Positions 1-8,869 of a stretch of DNA of 64,000 bases are shown here, piece after piece (within the stretch, counting starts at the first letter, position 1; the number at the start of each line of letters is the position of its first letter). The notes under the pieces are model-generated. The model made no database searches, had not been told where the DNA came from, and saw nothing but the letters and a program-made list of their open reading frames with translations. The stretch comes from an uncultured bacterium (GTDB lineage Bacteria > Macinerneyibacteriota > Macinerneyibacteria > Macinerneyibacteriales > DSCS01). The DNA is taken from positions 107,315-171,314 of the forward strand of contig CAZJQC010000002.1 in NCBI GenBank assembly GCA_964548195.1. Direction: 5' to 3'. The position numbers were made by a program, and so were the translations under genes.

Positions 1-43
1 CGCTCAAAGACATCCCCTTTTCTGAAAAATGGCGGCCAAACCG

Positions 44-994
44 CTATTTAAGCTTTTCAGCAAGCTTTGACAGCATATCAGATGTCATCTCCCCCAAGCC
101 GTATTCCGGACTCCATCCCCATTCTTCACGGGCGCAGTTGTCATCCATACTGTTCGGCCATGAGTTTGCAATATTGACAAGCACCGGGTTTATGTCATAT
201 GACATCTTAAATTCAGGAATATGGCTGCGTATCTCAGCACTGAGTATTTCGGGGTCAAAACTCATGGCGGTGACGTTAAATGAATTTCTGTGCTTAAGCT
301 TTGCGGGATCCGCCTCCATTATCGAAATACAGGCTTTTATCGCGTCAGGCATATACATCATGTCAAGAAACGTCCCTGCGGGAAGAGGGCATGTATATTT
401 TTTATTCTTTATCGCCTCATAGAATATTTCCACCGCATAGTCAGTAGTGCCGCCGCCCGGCAAGGTCTTATACGATATCAGGCCGGGAAACCTTACGCTT
501 CTGGTATCCACCCCAAATCGGCTGAAATAATAATCGCTGAGCAGTTCGCCGGACACTTTACTTACTCCGTATATTGTGGAAGGCCTCATTATCGTGTCTT
601 GCGGAGTCCTGTCGTGGGGCGTGCTTGTCCCGAAAGCACCTATCGAACTCGGGGTGAAAACGGCACATCCGTGGTCTTTCGCCATCTCAAGCACGTTCAT
701 CAGGCCGCCGACGTTTATATCCCATGCGAATTTAGGCTTTTTTTCACCCACGGCCGACAAGAGCGCGACCAGGTTATATATCGTGTCTATGTTATATTTT
801 TCAACGATCTCATTGATCTTTTTCCCGTCCAATATATCGGCTTTTTCAAACGGACCGCCGTTTCTCAGTTCTTCCGAGACATCCAGGTTGATGTCTGCGC
901 CCACCACATGAGAAGCTCCGTATATCTTCCTCAACTCGACTACAAGTTCCGAACCGATCTGTCCGGACGCACCCAGGACAAGTATGTTTTTCAT
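44..994 (-). CDS. tdh: L-threonine 3-dehydrogenase (short-chain NAD-dependent epimerase/dehydratase family)
   Basis: N-terminal Rossmann motif MKNILVLGASGQIGSEL and YGVSK catalytic Tyr-x3-Lys; overall resemblance to UDP-galactose-4-epimerase-like TDH. Start moved to ATG at 994, which is preceded by GGAGG. Confidence 0.7.
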   Translation of the reverse strand: MKNILVLGASGQIGSELVVELRKIYGASHVVGADINLDVSEELRNGGPFEKADILDGKKINEIVEKYNIDTIYNLVALLSAVGEKKPKFAWDINVGGLMNVLEMAKDHGCAVFTPSSIGAFGTSTPHDRTPQDTIMRPSTIYGVSKVSGELLSDYYFSRFGVDTRSVRFPGLISYKTLPGGGTTDYAVEIFYEAIKNKKYTCPLPAGTFLDMMYMPDAIKACISIMEADPAKLKHRNSFNVTAMSFDPEILSAEIRSHIPEFKMSYDINPVLVNIANSWPNSMDDNCAREEWGWSPEYGLGEMTSDMLSKLAEKLK

Positions 995-1069
995 AAATCC
1001 CTCCGTAAAAAATACAATATGTGACAACGACTCGACAATAGCATTTTATATTAAAGGCGTCCAGTATTT

Positions 1070-1456
1070 TCAGCCGACTATCGTCACTTCTATGCCGTTT
1101 TCTCTCAGCATATTCGCAGTGATCCCGTCTTCACCGCATGAAGGGCTTTTCGATTTGAGACATGCTTTCTTGATGCCGTTTTGTAAACAGAAATCCAGGA
1201 CCTGACGGGCGCCATCTATAAATTGGTCGGTCACGTCTTCGCCTGAATAGAGCCTTATCACGCGTACGCCGCCGTCTTCGGATGCCCTCAGTTCGGCCGG
1301 TTCTCTCGGCGTGGGCAGGCCGCCAAGCTGTTCGGGGCAGACCGGTACAGGCGTAAAATCACGCATCGTCCCGCTCATGTCATATTTTCTGCTTGCGCCG
1401 TCATACCGGCAGGCAAACCCCAGAAGACAGGAGCTTACCACGATTTTGTCACTCAC
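1070..1456 (-). CDS. DUF523 family protein (TudS-like putative Fe-S thiouracil desulfidase family)
   Basis: 128 aa; conserved Cys in SSCLLGFACRYDG, VCPEQLGGLPTPR and SPSCG match the YbbK/DUF523 pattern from memory; 4-nt overlap with the upstream gene. Confidence 0.55.
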   Translation of the reverse strand: MSDKIVVSSCLLGFACRYDGASRKYDMSGTMRDFTPVPVCPEQLGGLPTPREPAELRASEDGGVRVIRLYSGEDVTDQFIDGARQVLDFCLQNGIKKACLKSKSPSCGEDGITANMLRENGIEVTIVG

Positions 1457-2040
1457 CCGTCCTTCTTTTTCAGGCTTATCTTGACCTTCGGACGGCCCGC
1501 ATCGGTCTTTTCCACTTTGACCATTATCTTAAAATCGGAACCGGCTTTTTCTCTTGCCGCGGAGACTTCACGCATGACCTTTTCCTTAAAGCGTTTCTCT
1601 TTCTCGGAGTCCGTGAAAAGACCGCGTATGGCTTTGTCTATCTGATCGCCCAACTTGCTTTTTACTTCGTTTTCCCCGCCATCTTCGTCAAAATCTCCCA
1701 GGGGGCTGCTTTCCACCTTTCCGGTGGATTCATTGTATTTGAACGAGCCGGGTTTTCTGTAAAGCGCGTTATTTATCCTGCTCTCAAAGTAGCCCTGCTT
1801 TGCCCTGTATACATAGATAAAATTCTCGAAAGGGAATTTTACGCTGACGGGGAGAAGGCCGATATTTTCAGTTATATATCTTACTCTTTGTTCAATATAG
1901 TTTTGTATTTCCCTGATGACACGTATCATGTAATGCTTTTTATGAGCCGGTGTGTTATAGAGGTCCTTGACATAATCCTCAAGTTCCTTGAGCTTGATCT
2001 CAAGTTTCTTCACATCGTTATAAGTGACTTTATCATACAT
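1453..2040 (-). CDS. hypothetical protein, highly charged, predicted soluble
   Basis: 195-aa ORF with K/E-rich termini and no TM segment; lies between the SPFH gene (10-nt gap) and the DUF523 gene (4-nt overlap). Confidence 0.5.
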   Translation of the reverse strand: MYDKVTYNDVKKLEIKLKELEDYVKDLYNTPAHKKHYMIRVIREIQNYIEQRVRYITENIGLLPVSVKFPFENFIYVYRAKQGYFESRINNALYRKPGSFKYNESTGKVESSPLGDFDEDGGENEVKSKLGDQIDKAIRGLFTDSEKEKRFKEKVMREVSAAREKAGSDFKIMVKVEKTDAGRPKVKISLKKKDG

Positions 2041-2050
2041 TCTTCAGCAC

Positions 2051-3160
2051 CTATCGTCTCCTGCCGCATTTCGGACAAAATTGATCGGCATCAAGCAGAG
2101 GAGCTCCGCAATCGGGGCATTTCTCCATCTTCACAGCGGCGCCGCAAGACGGGCAGAATTTGGAACCGGCCTGAACCGGCGCACCACAATCGGAACACCT
2201 GAATATCTTTTTCCCCCGTATGTCCTCACCGCATTCTGGGCAAAACTTGGCGTCTTCGGATATCATCTTCCCGCATGAGGGACACTTTATCATCGAGGAC
2301 GCGCCCGCGGCCTTACCGGCCATCATACCCGGCAGCAGCATGCCCAGTCCGGCCCCGATACCGAGCCCCATTCCGGAAGAGGCTTCAGACGCGCCTGACC
2401 CGTTCCCTGACGCGGCGGTTCCCATGGCCCGCGACGCTTTGAACTTCATGTATGAGTCCATGTCCCCGGCAAGGTTCATCCCGGACCTCTCGTCCATGAT
2501 CTGCTGGACTTCATCCGGCGGGGTGATGCTTGACACGGCGAAATCGACTATGTTGATGCCATACTGTTTAAAATCATCATGTATTCTCGAAGCGGCTTTC
2601 AAAGAGAGTTCGTCAAGTTTTGCGGGTATGTCAAAGACGGTGGTCAAAGTCTCTCCCAACAGATCAGTAAACCTTGAGACGATCAGTTCACGGAAATAGG
2701 CTTCCACCGGGAGCGTATCGTAAAGTGCCCGGTTGCCGACAAGGGTATTCATAAAGACGAGAGGCTGAGTGACTTTCATGGAGTATACCCCGAATGCCCT
2801 GAGATTGACCAGCCCCAGTTCCGAATCCTTCAAGGAAACAGGATTTTTTGTCCCCCATTTCATATTGGTGAACACTTTGGAATTTATAAAATAGACTTCC
2901 GCCCTGAATGGTGATGTGAAGCCGAACGGCAGCGACAGCGCTTTGGTCAGTACGGGAAGATTCGCCGTGGCAAGTGTGTGTCTGCCGGGCCCAAAGACGT
3001 CCAGCGCTTTGCCGTCACGAAAGAACACCGCTCTCTGATTCTCCCTTACGATCAGCTGAGCTCCCATCTTTATGGGCAAAGAACCCTTTTCGGGTATTCT
3101 GTGTACTATTTCATTTTCCGACCCTTCAGTAAACTCGAGAACCTCAAGGAACTCAGACAT
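2051..3160 (-). CDS. SPFH/band-7 domain protein with three C-terminal zinc ribbons (COG4260-like)
   Basis: SPFH-like core (FFRDGKALDVFGPGRH ... ITPPDEVQQIMDERSGM), Gly/Ala-rich linker, then three CxxC-n-CxxC modules; no N-terminal TM. Confidence 0.75.
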   Translation of the reverse strand: MSEFLEVLEFTEGSENEIVHRIPEKGSLPIKMGAQLIVRENQRAVFFRDGKALDVFGPGRHTLATANLPVLTKALSLPFGFTSPFRAEVYFINSKVFTNMKWGTKNPVSLKDSELGLVNLRAFGVYSMKVTQPLVFMNTLVGNRALYDTLPVEAYFRELIVSRFTDLLGETLTTVFDIPAKLDELSLKAASRIHDDFKQYGINIVDFAVSSITPPDEVQQIMDERSGMNLAGDMDSYMKFKASRAMGTAASGNGSGASEASSGMGLGIGAGLGMLLPGMMAGKAAGASSMIKCPSCGKMISEDAKFCPECGEDIRGKKIFRCSDCGAPVQAGSKFCPSCGAAVKMEKCPDCGAPLLDADQFCPKCGRRR

Positions 3161-3270
3161 GTTTCACCCCTAACTGTCTTGCCGGAAGGCCCGGCCCACG
3201 GTTTTCAGCATCAGCCATACAGGACAATTATAGTGCTTCAGCGAGACTTTTCAATCTTTTAAATCCGCCG

Positions 3271-4869
3271 TCAGTATTCGAATATGCTGTTCCCTACGAA
3301 TTCCCGGATTATAGATGTCTTAGGCGTATAAAAGGGATCTATCTCGTGAAAAAGGCGTAATATGGAGACTAAAGCGGAAGCCTTCATATATTCCGGCTCG
3401 TTTTTCCCCACCTGTTCAAGGAAACGAAGCGCAGTTTTTTTCAATACCGGTATCTCATACGGCAACGAGGAGTTAAACATAAGATCGGCGCTTTCCTGAT
3501 AGGGAAAGATATACTTGTCCTCGCCCCGTCTTACGTCAGACCACATCTTTATAGTCTCGCCCGCGGTATGCCCCCTGAACTGCGCATCCCTTACTATGCG
3601 CCTTATGAGCCTCACATCCGTTGTCTTTATCCTGTTGTAATTATCCATATTAAGCTGCGTCAACGCGCTTATGTATATTTTAAATTTAAGATTGTCAGGA
3701 ATGAATTTTGTCAGAGCCGGGTTCAGTCCGTGTATCCCCTCGATTATTATCGGCTGATCATATCGGATTCGCAGTCCTTCGCCGGTCTCCCTTTTCCCGT
3801 TAAGAAAATCATATTTCGGCAGAGTGATCTCTCCCCCTTCAAGCAGCGTGATCATCTGTTCATTAAAAAGCTCGATATCTATGGATTCAACAGATTCAAA
3901 ATCCATTTTTCCCGTCTCATCACGGGGTGTCCTCTCCCAAGGAAGAAAATAATCATCCATCGCTATAGCGACCGGGTCTATGCCCATAGACCTTAAATAT
4001 ATCGACAGTCTCTTGGAAAAAGTCGTTTTTCCCGAGGACGAAGGCCCCGCTATCAGTATAAGCCTGGATCTGTGTGTGTTTTTGGCAATACTTTCCGCTA
4101 TTTCCAGGATGTTTCTTTCCTGCATGGCCTCGGACACAAGTATCATCTCCCGGAACTTCCCGTTTTCGATCTGATTGTTCAGCGAGGTCACGTCTTCCAT
4201 CCTGAGTATTTCCGCCCATTCTTTGAACTCATGGTGAATACGGAACAATTTCGTGCGTTCCTTAAAGGGCGCCAGTCTTCCATGGTCTGTAATAAGCGGC
4301 ATCTTGAGTATCAGTCCGGGAGGGTAATACAACAGGTCAAAGACCTTTAGCTTTGCCGTCGACCCCAGTGTGTTGAACACGCCGTAGTCATAGACCATGC
4401 CGTCCAATGTGTTCAGCGAAGTGCACATCATCTCCTCGTACAAGCCGATCTTCTCGGGGACGCCCTCTTTTTTGAAGATCGCGGAGACCTCGCCTTTATC
4501 GGGGTTTTTTATGGATGTGAACGGCAGGTCGCGGGAGACCATGTCGATCATCCTCTCTTTGATGCGTTCCACATGTTCTATCTTTATTATGGGAAACGAC
4601 CTGTCTTCAAGAGTGCAAAAAAGCCCTGTGTCTATGGTGTGTTCGACGTTCAGTTCAGCATGGGGATAGAGAGACTTGACTGCGGCTGCCAGGAGCATGA
4701 TCAGGCTTTTTTCATATACGGCATGCCCCACTTCCGTATCAAGACCCAAAGGCTCAGCGCCTTTGAGGCCCATCTCCGACACCTGGGCAGGGGAATATAT
4801 CCTGCCGTCCTTTACATAAGCCGCGATTTCACCCGAATTTTGCATGTTCTCTTTTTCCATAGCAAGCAT
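3271..4869 (-). CDS. nucleoside (uridine/cytidine) kinase family protein with N-terminal ThrRS/TGS-like domain
   Basis: P-loop LILIAGPSSSGKTTFSKRL plus uridine-kinase-like core (IIIEGIHGLNP, DVRLIRRIVRD); 532 aa. Confidence 0.7.
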   Translation of the reverse strand: MLAMEKENMQNSGEIAAYVKDGRIYSPAQVSEMGLKGAEPLGLDTEVGHAVYEKSLIMLLAAAVKSLYPHAELNVEHTIDTGLFCTLEDRSFPIIKIEHVERIKERMIDMVSRDLPFTSIKNPDKGEVSAIFKKEGVPEKIGLYEEMMCTSLNTLDGMVYDYGVFNTLGSTAKLKVFDLLYYPPGLILKMPLITDHGRLAPFKERTKLFRIHHEFKEWAEILRMEDVTSLNNQIENGKFREMILVSEAMQERNILEIAESIAKNTHRSRLILIAGPSSSGKTTFSKRLSIYLRSMGIDPVAIAMDDYFLPWERTPRDETGKMDFESVESIDIELFNEQMITLLEGGEITLPKYDFLNGKRETGEGLRIRYDQPIIIEGIHGLNPALTKFIPDNLKFKIYISALTQLNMDNYNRIKTTDVRLIRRIVRDAQFRGHTAGETIKMWSDVRRGEDKYIFPYQESADLMFNSSLPYEIPVLKKTALRFLEQVGKNEPEYMKASALVSILRLFHEIDPFYTPKTSIIREFVGNSIFEY

Positions 4870-4926
4870 CTCCTTGTCTCTTCCCGCGTCACATTCATAA
4901 TCCGCATCGCTGCGGCCGCGCCGCCC

Positions 4927-5919
4927 TCAATCCCATTCGCTTTTCAATTTTCTGCTCATAAGATTACTGACGACCTCTTCTATTTTTTCTCCTTTAAAAA
5001 TAATGGAATAAAGCCCCTCTGTTATGGGCATCTCACATCTGTGAGTCCGGATGAGTTTGACGGCGCTTTTGAGGGTGTTAAATCCTTCCACGACCCCACC
5101 GGCTTTTTCCATGGCTCGATCCGGAGCAAGTCCCCGGGCCAGATAGCCTCCGAATGTAAAATTTCTGCTCATCTCATTGGTACATGTGAGTATAAAATCG
5201 CCGAATCCCGCCAAACCGGTAAATGTCGATTCCTTAGCGCCCATCACGCGCCCCAGCCGTATCACCTCTGCAACACCGCGGGTAATGATCGCCGACTGCG
5301 TATTACTGCCCGCGCCGATGCCCTTGACAATGCCGGATCCGATTGCTATGACATTTTTCATAGCTCCGGCAAGCTCCACTCCCGTGATATCATCATTCAG
5401 ATATACCCTGAAATTATCACTGCTGAAGAGACGCTGTATCTGCTCGGCGGCCTCCCCCGCTTGTCCGGCCAAAACAACCGCGGTATAGCAGCCGTCGTAG
5501 ACCTCCGCCGCGAAAGACGGGCCTGACAATACATAGACATTGTGGCCCGCTCCGGCACAATCTGATAAAATATCGGCAGGAAACGCAAGTGTTCCCTCTT
5601 CTATGCCTTTGGAAAGATTTATCAGTGGTATTCCCGGAGTTAGACTTATTTTTTCCCATATTTTTCGCATATACTGTACCGGCAAGGCATTCACAATAAA
5701 ATCTGCATCCATACAATGACGTATGTCGTCCGTGGCGGTCACGCGACGGCTGATCTGTCTGCCGGGGAAATAAAACGGGTTGACATGCGTATCGTTTATG
5801 ATATCGGGCAGTTCTTTTTCATGGCACCAAAGAGTGATATCATAGCCCTTTTCTGCCAGCAAGTGGGCGATGACGCTTCCCCATATGCCCGCACCGATAA
5901 CACCCGCTCTTCTTTTCAC
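4927..5919 (-). CDS. gpsA: NAD(P)H-dependent glycerol-3-phosphate dehydrogenase
   Basis: GVIGAGIWGSVIA Rossmann motif and GpsA-like body. Start set to GTG at 5919 with AAGGAG 6 nt upstream; the ORF-track ATG at 5976 would overlap the divergent lipoprotein start. Confidence 0.8.
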   Translation of the reverse strand: MKRRAGVIGAGIWGSVIAHLLAEKGYDITLWCHEKELPDIINDTHVNPFYFPGRQISRRVTATDDIRHCMDADFIVNALPVQYMRKIWEKISLTPGIPLINLSKGIEEGTLAFPADILSDCAGAGHNVYVLSGPSFAAEVYDGCYTAVVLAGQAGEAAEQIQRLFSSDNFRVYLNDDITGVELAGAMKNVIAIGSGIVKGIGAGSNTQSAIITRGVAEVIRLGRVMGAKESTFTGLAGFGDFILTCTNEMSRNFTFGGYLARGLAPDRAMEKAGGVVEGFNTLKSAVKLIRTHRCEMPITEGLYSIIFKGEKIEEVVSNLMSRKLKSEWD

Positions 5920-5963
5920 AAATAACTCCTTGAATTCATATGAGTTTTTGTTAAACTCCGTTA

Positions 5964-6659
5964 ATGAACAAGACATTTCTATTCCTTTTGATTTTACCGA
6001 TGTTATTGTTTCAATGCAAGTCAAATGTATCCGGCGGAATCAGGAATATAAAATCACCTCTGGTATATCAGGTCGTCTACAAGGGCGGATATGCCGAAGC
6101 TGCGGCTTTGATAGAGGGCCTGCTGGATTCAAGAGGTTTCAACCACATCGACGGCGATTTTTATGCCAGGCTTGACGGAAACACCGGCATATCCTTCAAG
6201 TTTGAAAAAGGCATGAGTAGATCGATTTATGTCTATGCCGGTGTCATAAGGGATTTTGAGTACATCAGGATGACACGCGATGAAAAGACTAAACTGGACG
6301 CCATGGTCGTTGAAATACGAAAAAGGGTGAACACAGACCCGCTGCATAGAGACCTGCTTCAGGGCAAAAATATTTCAAAAAAGGGTGATATACTTAAAAA
6401 AGGACTTCTCTTCAGCTCTTTTTCTTTGACTTATTATGACGAGTTCACGACATTCACATGCGACCTCTCAAACAAGACAAAATATCAGTATCTGAATCTC
6501 GGGGTGACGATCAACTTTTATAATACATACGGGACCATCATCGGGACGGGGCAGACAGTCATAAACTATCTGGCGCCCTGGCAGAAGAAAAAGCTGACAT
6601 TCATGCTCAACGTAAACCAAAACATAAGGGACTTCGACATCTCCACATCAAACGAATGA
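5964..6659 (+). CDS. hypothetical lipoprotein
   Basis: Signal peptide with lipobox LLFQC (MNKTFLFLLILPMLLFQCKS); 231 aa, no recognised domain. Confidence 0.5.
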   Translation: MNKTFLFLLILPMLLFQCKSNVSGGIRNIKSPLVYQVVYKGGYAEAAALIEGLLDSRGFNHIDGDFYARLDGNTGISFKFEKGMSRSIYVYAGVIRDFEYIRMTRDEKTKLDAMVVEIRKRVNTDPLHRDLLQGKNISKKGDILKKGLLFSSFSLTYYDEFTTFTCDLSNKTKYQYLNLGVTINFYNTYGTIIGTGQTVINYLAPWQKKKLTFMLNVNQNIRDFDISTSNE

Positions 6660-6664
6660 TATGT

Positions 6665-6686
6665 GGAGGGGGCAAAGCCCCCTTCC
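6665..6686. terminator. bidirectional hairpin between convergent genes
   Basis: GGAGGGGGC-AAA-GCCCCCTTCC stem-loop between the lipoprotein stop and the rubrerythrin stop. Confidence 0.5.
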
Positions 6687-6687
6687 A

Positions 6688-7263
6688 TCAATACTTTTCA
6701 GAAAGTATCTCGAAATATGACTTGGGATGTATGCACGCGGGACATTTATCCGGCGCCTCCGCTCCTTCATGGATATAGCCGCAGTTTCGGCACTTCCACT
6801 TTACGGTCTCATTTTTCTTAAACACAGACCCTTCGCGAACCTTTTCCAAAAGCAAAAGGTAGCGTTCTTCATGGTGTTTCTCCACTTTGGCTACACTTCT
6901 GAAAAGAGCGGCTATTTCTTTAAAGCCCTCTTTTTCGGCGGTAGCTGCGGCATCCGGATAAAGAGCCGTATGCTCTTCATTCTCACCGTGTGCGGCCGCC
7001 TCGAGATTTTCGGCCGTATTGCCTTCCTTCCCGGCAGGAAACGTCGCGCATATCTCAGCAACACCGCCTTCGAGAAAACGGAAAAACCGTTTGGCGTGCT
7101 CAAGTTCGTTTTCCGCGGTCTCCATAAAGATCGCGGCTATTTGCTCATAGCCTTCTTTCTTGGCTATCTTTGAAAACATCGTATACCTGCTTCTCGCCTG
7201 AGATTCGCCCGCAAACGATGCCAGCAGGTTCTTCTCGGTAGCAGTACCCTTAACACTTTTCAT
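6688..7263 (-). CDS. rbr: rubrerythrin
   Basis: Ferritin-like diiron domain ([18 protein letters not shown]) plus C-terminal rubredoxin-like CRNCGY...CPAC. Confidence 0.9.
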   Translation of the reverse strand: MKSVKGTATEKNLLASFAGESQARSRYTMFSKIAKKEGYEQIAAIFMETAENELEHAKRFFRFLEGGVAEICATFPAGKEGNTAENLEAAAHGENEEHTALYPDAAATAEKEGFKEIAALFRSVAKVEKHHEERYLLLLEKVREGSVFKKNETVKWKCRNCGYIHEGAEAPDKCPACIHPKSYFEILSEKY

Positions 7264-7295
7264 ATATCTATCCTCCTTATGAATGCCGGTTGATG

Positions 7296-7808
7296 CTATT
7301 TCGCGGCAAGCCCGGAAACAAACACCCTCTGAGCCAATTCCCTGTCGATCATATAGATACCGTTGGGATTGCTGTTTACAAGGGTGAATTTATCCACATT
7401 ATCACGTGCATTGGCTTCTTCTTCCACCTGTTCCGAGACGAACCACTGGAGAAAGCTGGCGGTCATATAGTCCTTTGACTCATTGGCCAGCGCCATTATG
7501 GCATCGATTGACTCGGATATGTATATTTCGTGTTTCAAAGCCTCTTCAAACGCTTTTAACGGGGAATCCCAGACGGTCGCGGGCCCCTTTATCGGAGCAA
7601 GCTCGACACGTCCGCCGCGGTCGTTGATATAGGTGTATATCCTCATGGCATGTTCGCCCTCTTCCTGAGCCTGCACATGCATCCAGTTGGCCGCACCTTT
7701 TAGCATGGCCGACTCAAAATAAGCGCTCATTGAAAGATAAAGGTATGCCGAAAAAAACTCCTTGTTTATCTGTTCATTAAGGGCTTTTTCCATCTCTTTT
7801 TTCAACAT
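7296..7808 (-). CDS. ftn: non-heme ferritin
   Basis: Ferritin ferroxidase residues ([22 protein letters not shown]); 170 aa. Confidence 0.85.
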   Translation of the reverse strand: MLKKEMEKALNEQINKEFFSAYLYLSMSAYFESAMLKGAANWMHVQAQEEGEHAMRIYTYINDRGGRVELAPIKGPATVWDSPLKAFEEALKHEIYISESIDAIMALANESKDYMTASFLQWFVSEQVEEEANARDNVDKFTLVNSNPNGIYMIDRELAQRVFVSGLAAK

Positions 7809-7817
7809 GCCGATCCC

Positions 7818-8195
7818 CTATCCCTTCCACAAGCCGTGTATGTTGCAGAACTCCCTGGCTGTAAACGTCTTGCCTTCAGCCTTAAAACGCCACTCGGGCT
7901 TTTCGCCCGGCTGCAGGAACTTTCTGTACGATATGTCTCCGCAAATAAGCTGCACCCACTCTATATGGTGTTTTTCCTCCATCGGGTGAGGCACACTGCC
8001 CACCTTTACCAAGACAGCGCCGTCTTCTGTCTTTTCGATCACGGGCACGTGTTTCTCGGTGGTCGAATCAGCGCTTTTCTCCTCCAGCAATGACATCGGC
8101 TGGCCACAGCATACAAGCTCCCCGGCTCCGCCGTGAACAACCTCCACAATATTTCCGCAAATCTCACACTTGTAGATCTCAAGTCTTTTCGCCAT
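7818..8195 (-). CDS. dfx: desulfoferrodoxin (superoxide reductase, 2Fe-SOR)
   Basis: N-terminal desulforedoxin [13 protein letters not shown] plus C-terminal SOR domain (HVPVIEK, HHIEW, C-x3-G); 125 aa. Confidence 0.9.
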   Translation of the reverse strand: MAKRLEIYKCEICGNIVEVVHGGAGELVCCGQPMSLLEEKSADSTTEKHVPVIEKTEDGAVLVKVGSVPHPMEEKHHIEWVQLICGDISYRKFLQPGEKPEWRFKAEGKTFTAREFCNIHGLWKG

Positions 8196-8210
8196 AACAG
8201 CCTCCTTTTT

Positions 8211-8669
8211 TTAAATGCCGGCCTTTTCGGCCAATGTGAAAAAATGGGTCCTTTCCACCTCAGCAAGCTCGATGAATATTTCCTTGTCCCGGCCTTCCAG
8301 TCCGCGCGCCATCTCGCCGTAAAGCAGAACGGTATCAAGCTCTCTCCTCATGGCAAAGGAAAGTATCTCCGCCTCACTGTCAAGCGAAGCGGTCTCATTG
8401 ATCAGCTTCTCGCGATTAAAGATCGCCCTGCCGGCGGACATGACGAAACGCCCGGCATCCGGGGCCGCATCGCCCGATGCGGCCCTACGGGACAACATCT
8501 CCTCGAACATCCCCATATGAGCACGTTCCTCGTCGCGCAGACGGCGAAAAAGCGCGTTCATTACTGCATCCCCGCCATTGCAAAAGGAAGCGTAAAACTC
8601 GACGCCCGCCTTCTCAATATCAATAGCCATACGCAGTATTCTGTCATCCATAATAAACGGACCCGTCAA
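8211..8669 (-). CDS. rubrerythrin-like/ferritin-like diiron protein
   Basis: Ferritin-like helices with E..H motifs (DEERAHM, ELAEVERTHFF) and no rubredoxin domain. Confidence 0.55.
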   Translation of the reverse strand: MTGPFIMDDRILRMAIDIEKAGVEFYASFCNGGDAVMNALFRRLRDEERAHMGMFEEMLSRRAASGDAAPDAGRFVMSAGRAIFNREKLINETASLDSEAEILSFAMRRELDTVLLYGEMARGLEGRDKEIFIELAEVERTHFFTLAEKAGI

Positions 8670-8692
8670 TGGTGGCTTTTACAGGCCTTTTT

Positions 8693-8854
8693 CTATTCGA
8701 CTTCTTCAAACATGTCCTTGCTCACACCGCATACGGGACAGACCCAGTCCTCAGGTATGTCGGCAAAAGCCGTTCCCGGAGCTATGCCTCCGTCGGGGTC
8801 GCCGGTCTCGGGATCATAGATATAACCGCAAATCGTACATCTGTAACTTTTCAT
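8693..8854 (-). CDS. rub: rubredoxin (53 aa), missed by the 60-aa-minimum ORF track
   Basis: Manual translation gives [53 protein letters not shown] with canonical CxxCG...CPxCG motifs; ATG at 8854, TAG at 8693-8695. Confidence 0.85.
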   Translation of the reverse strand: MKSYRCTICGYIYDPETGDPDGGIAPGTAFADIPEDWVCPVCGVSKDMFEEVE

Positions 8855-8869
8855 TTTTACCTCCTCTAA

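Noticed and set aside
290-1024. Long plus-strand ORFs antisense to minus-strand genes (for example 290-1024, 1393-2202, 4573-5526, 25561-26178, 29894-30724, 44345-45196, 52471-53109, 53263-53997, 54656-55375, 55597-56067, 57274-57990).
   Set aside because: They lie entirely inside well-supported genes on the opposite strand, have skewed Arg/Ser/Pro/His-rich composition and no motifs. These are shadow ORFs typical of ~50% GC DNA.
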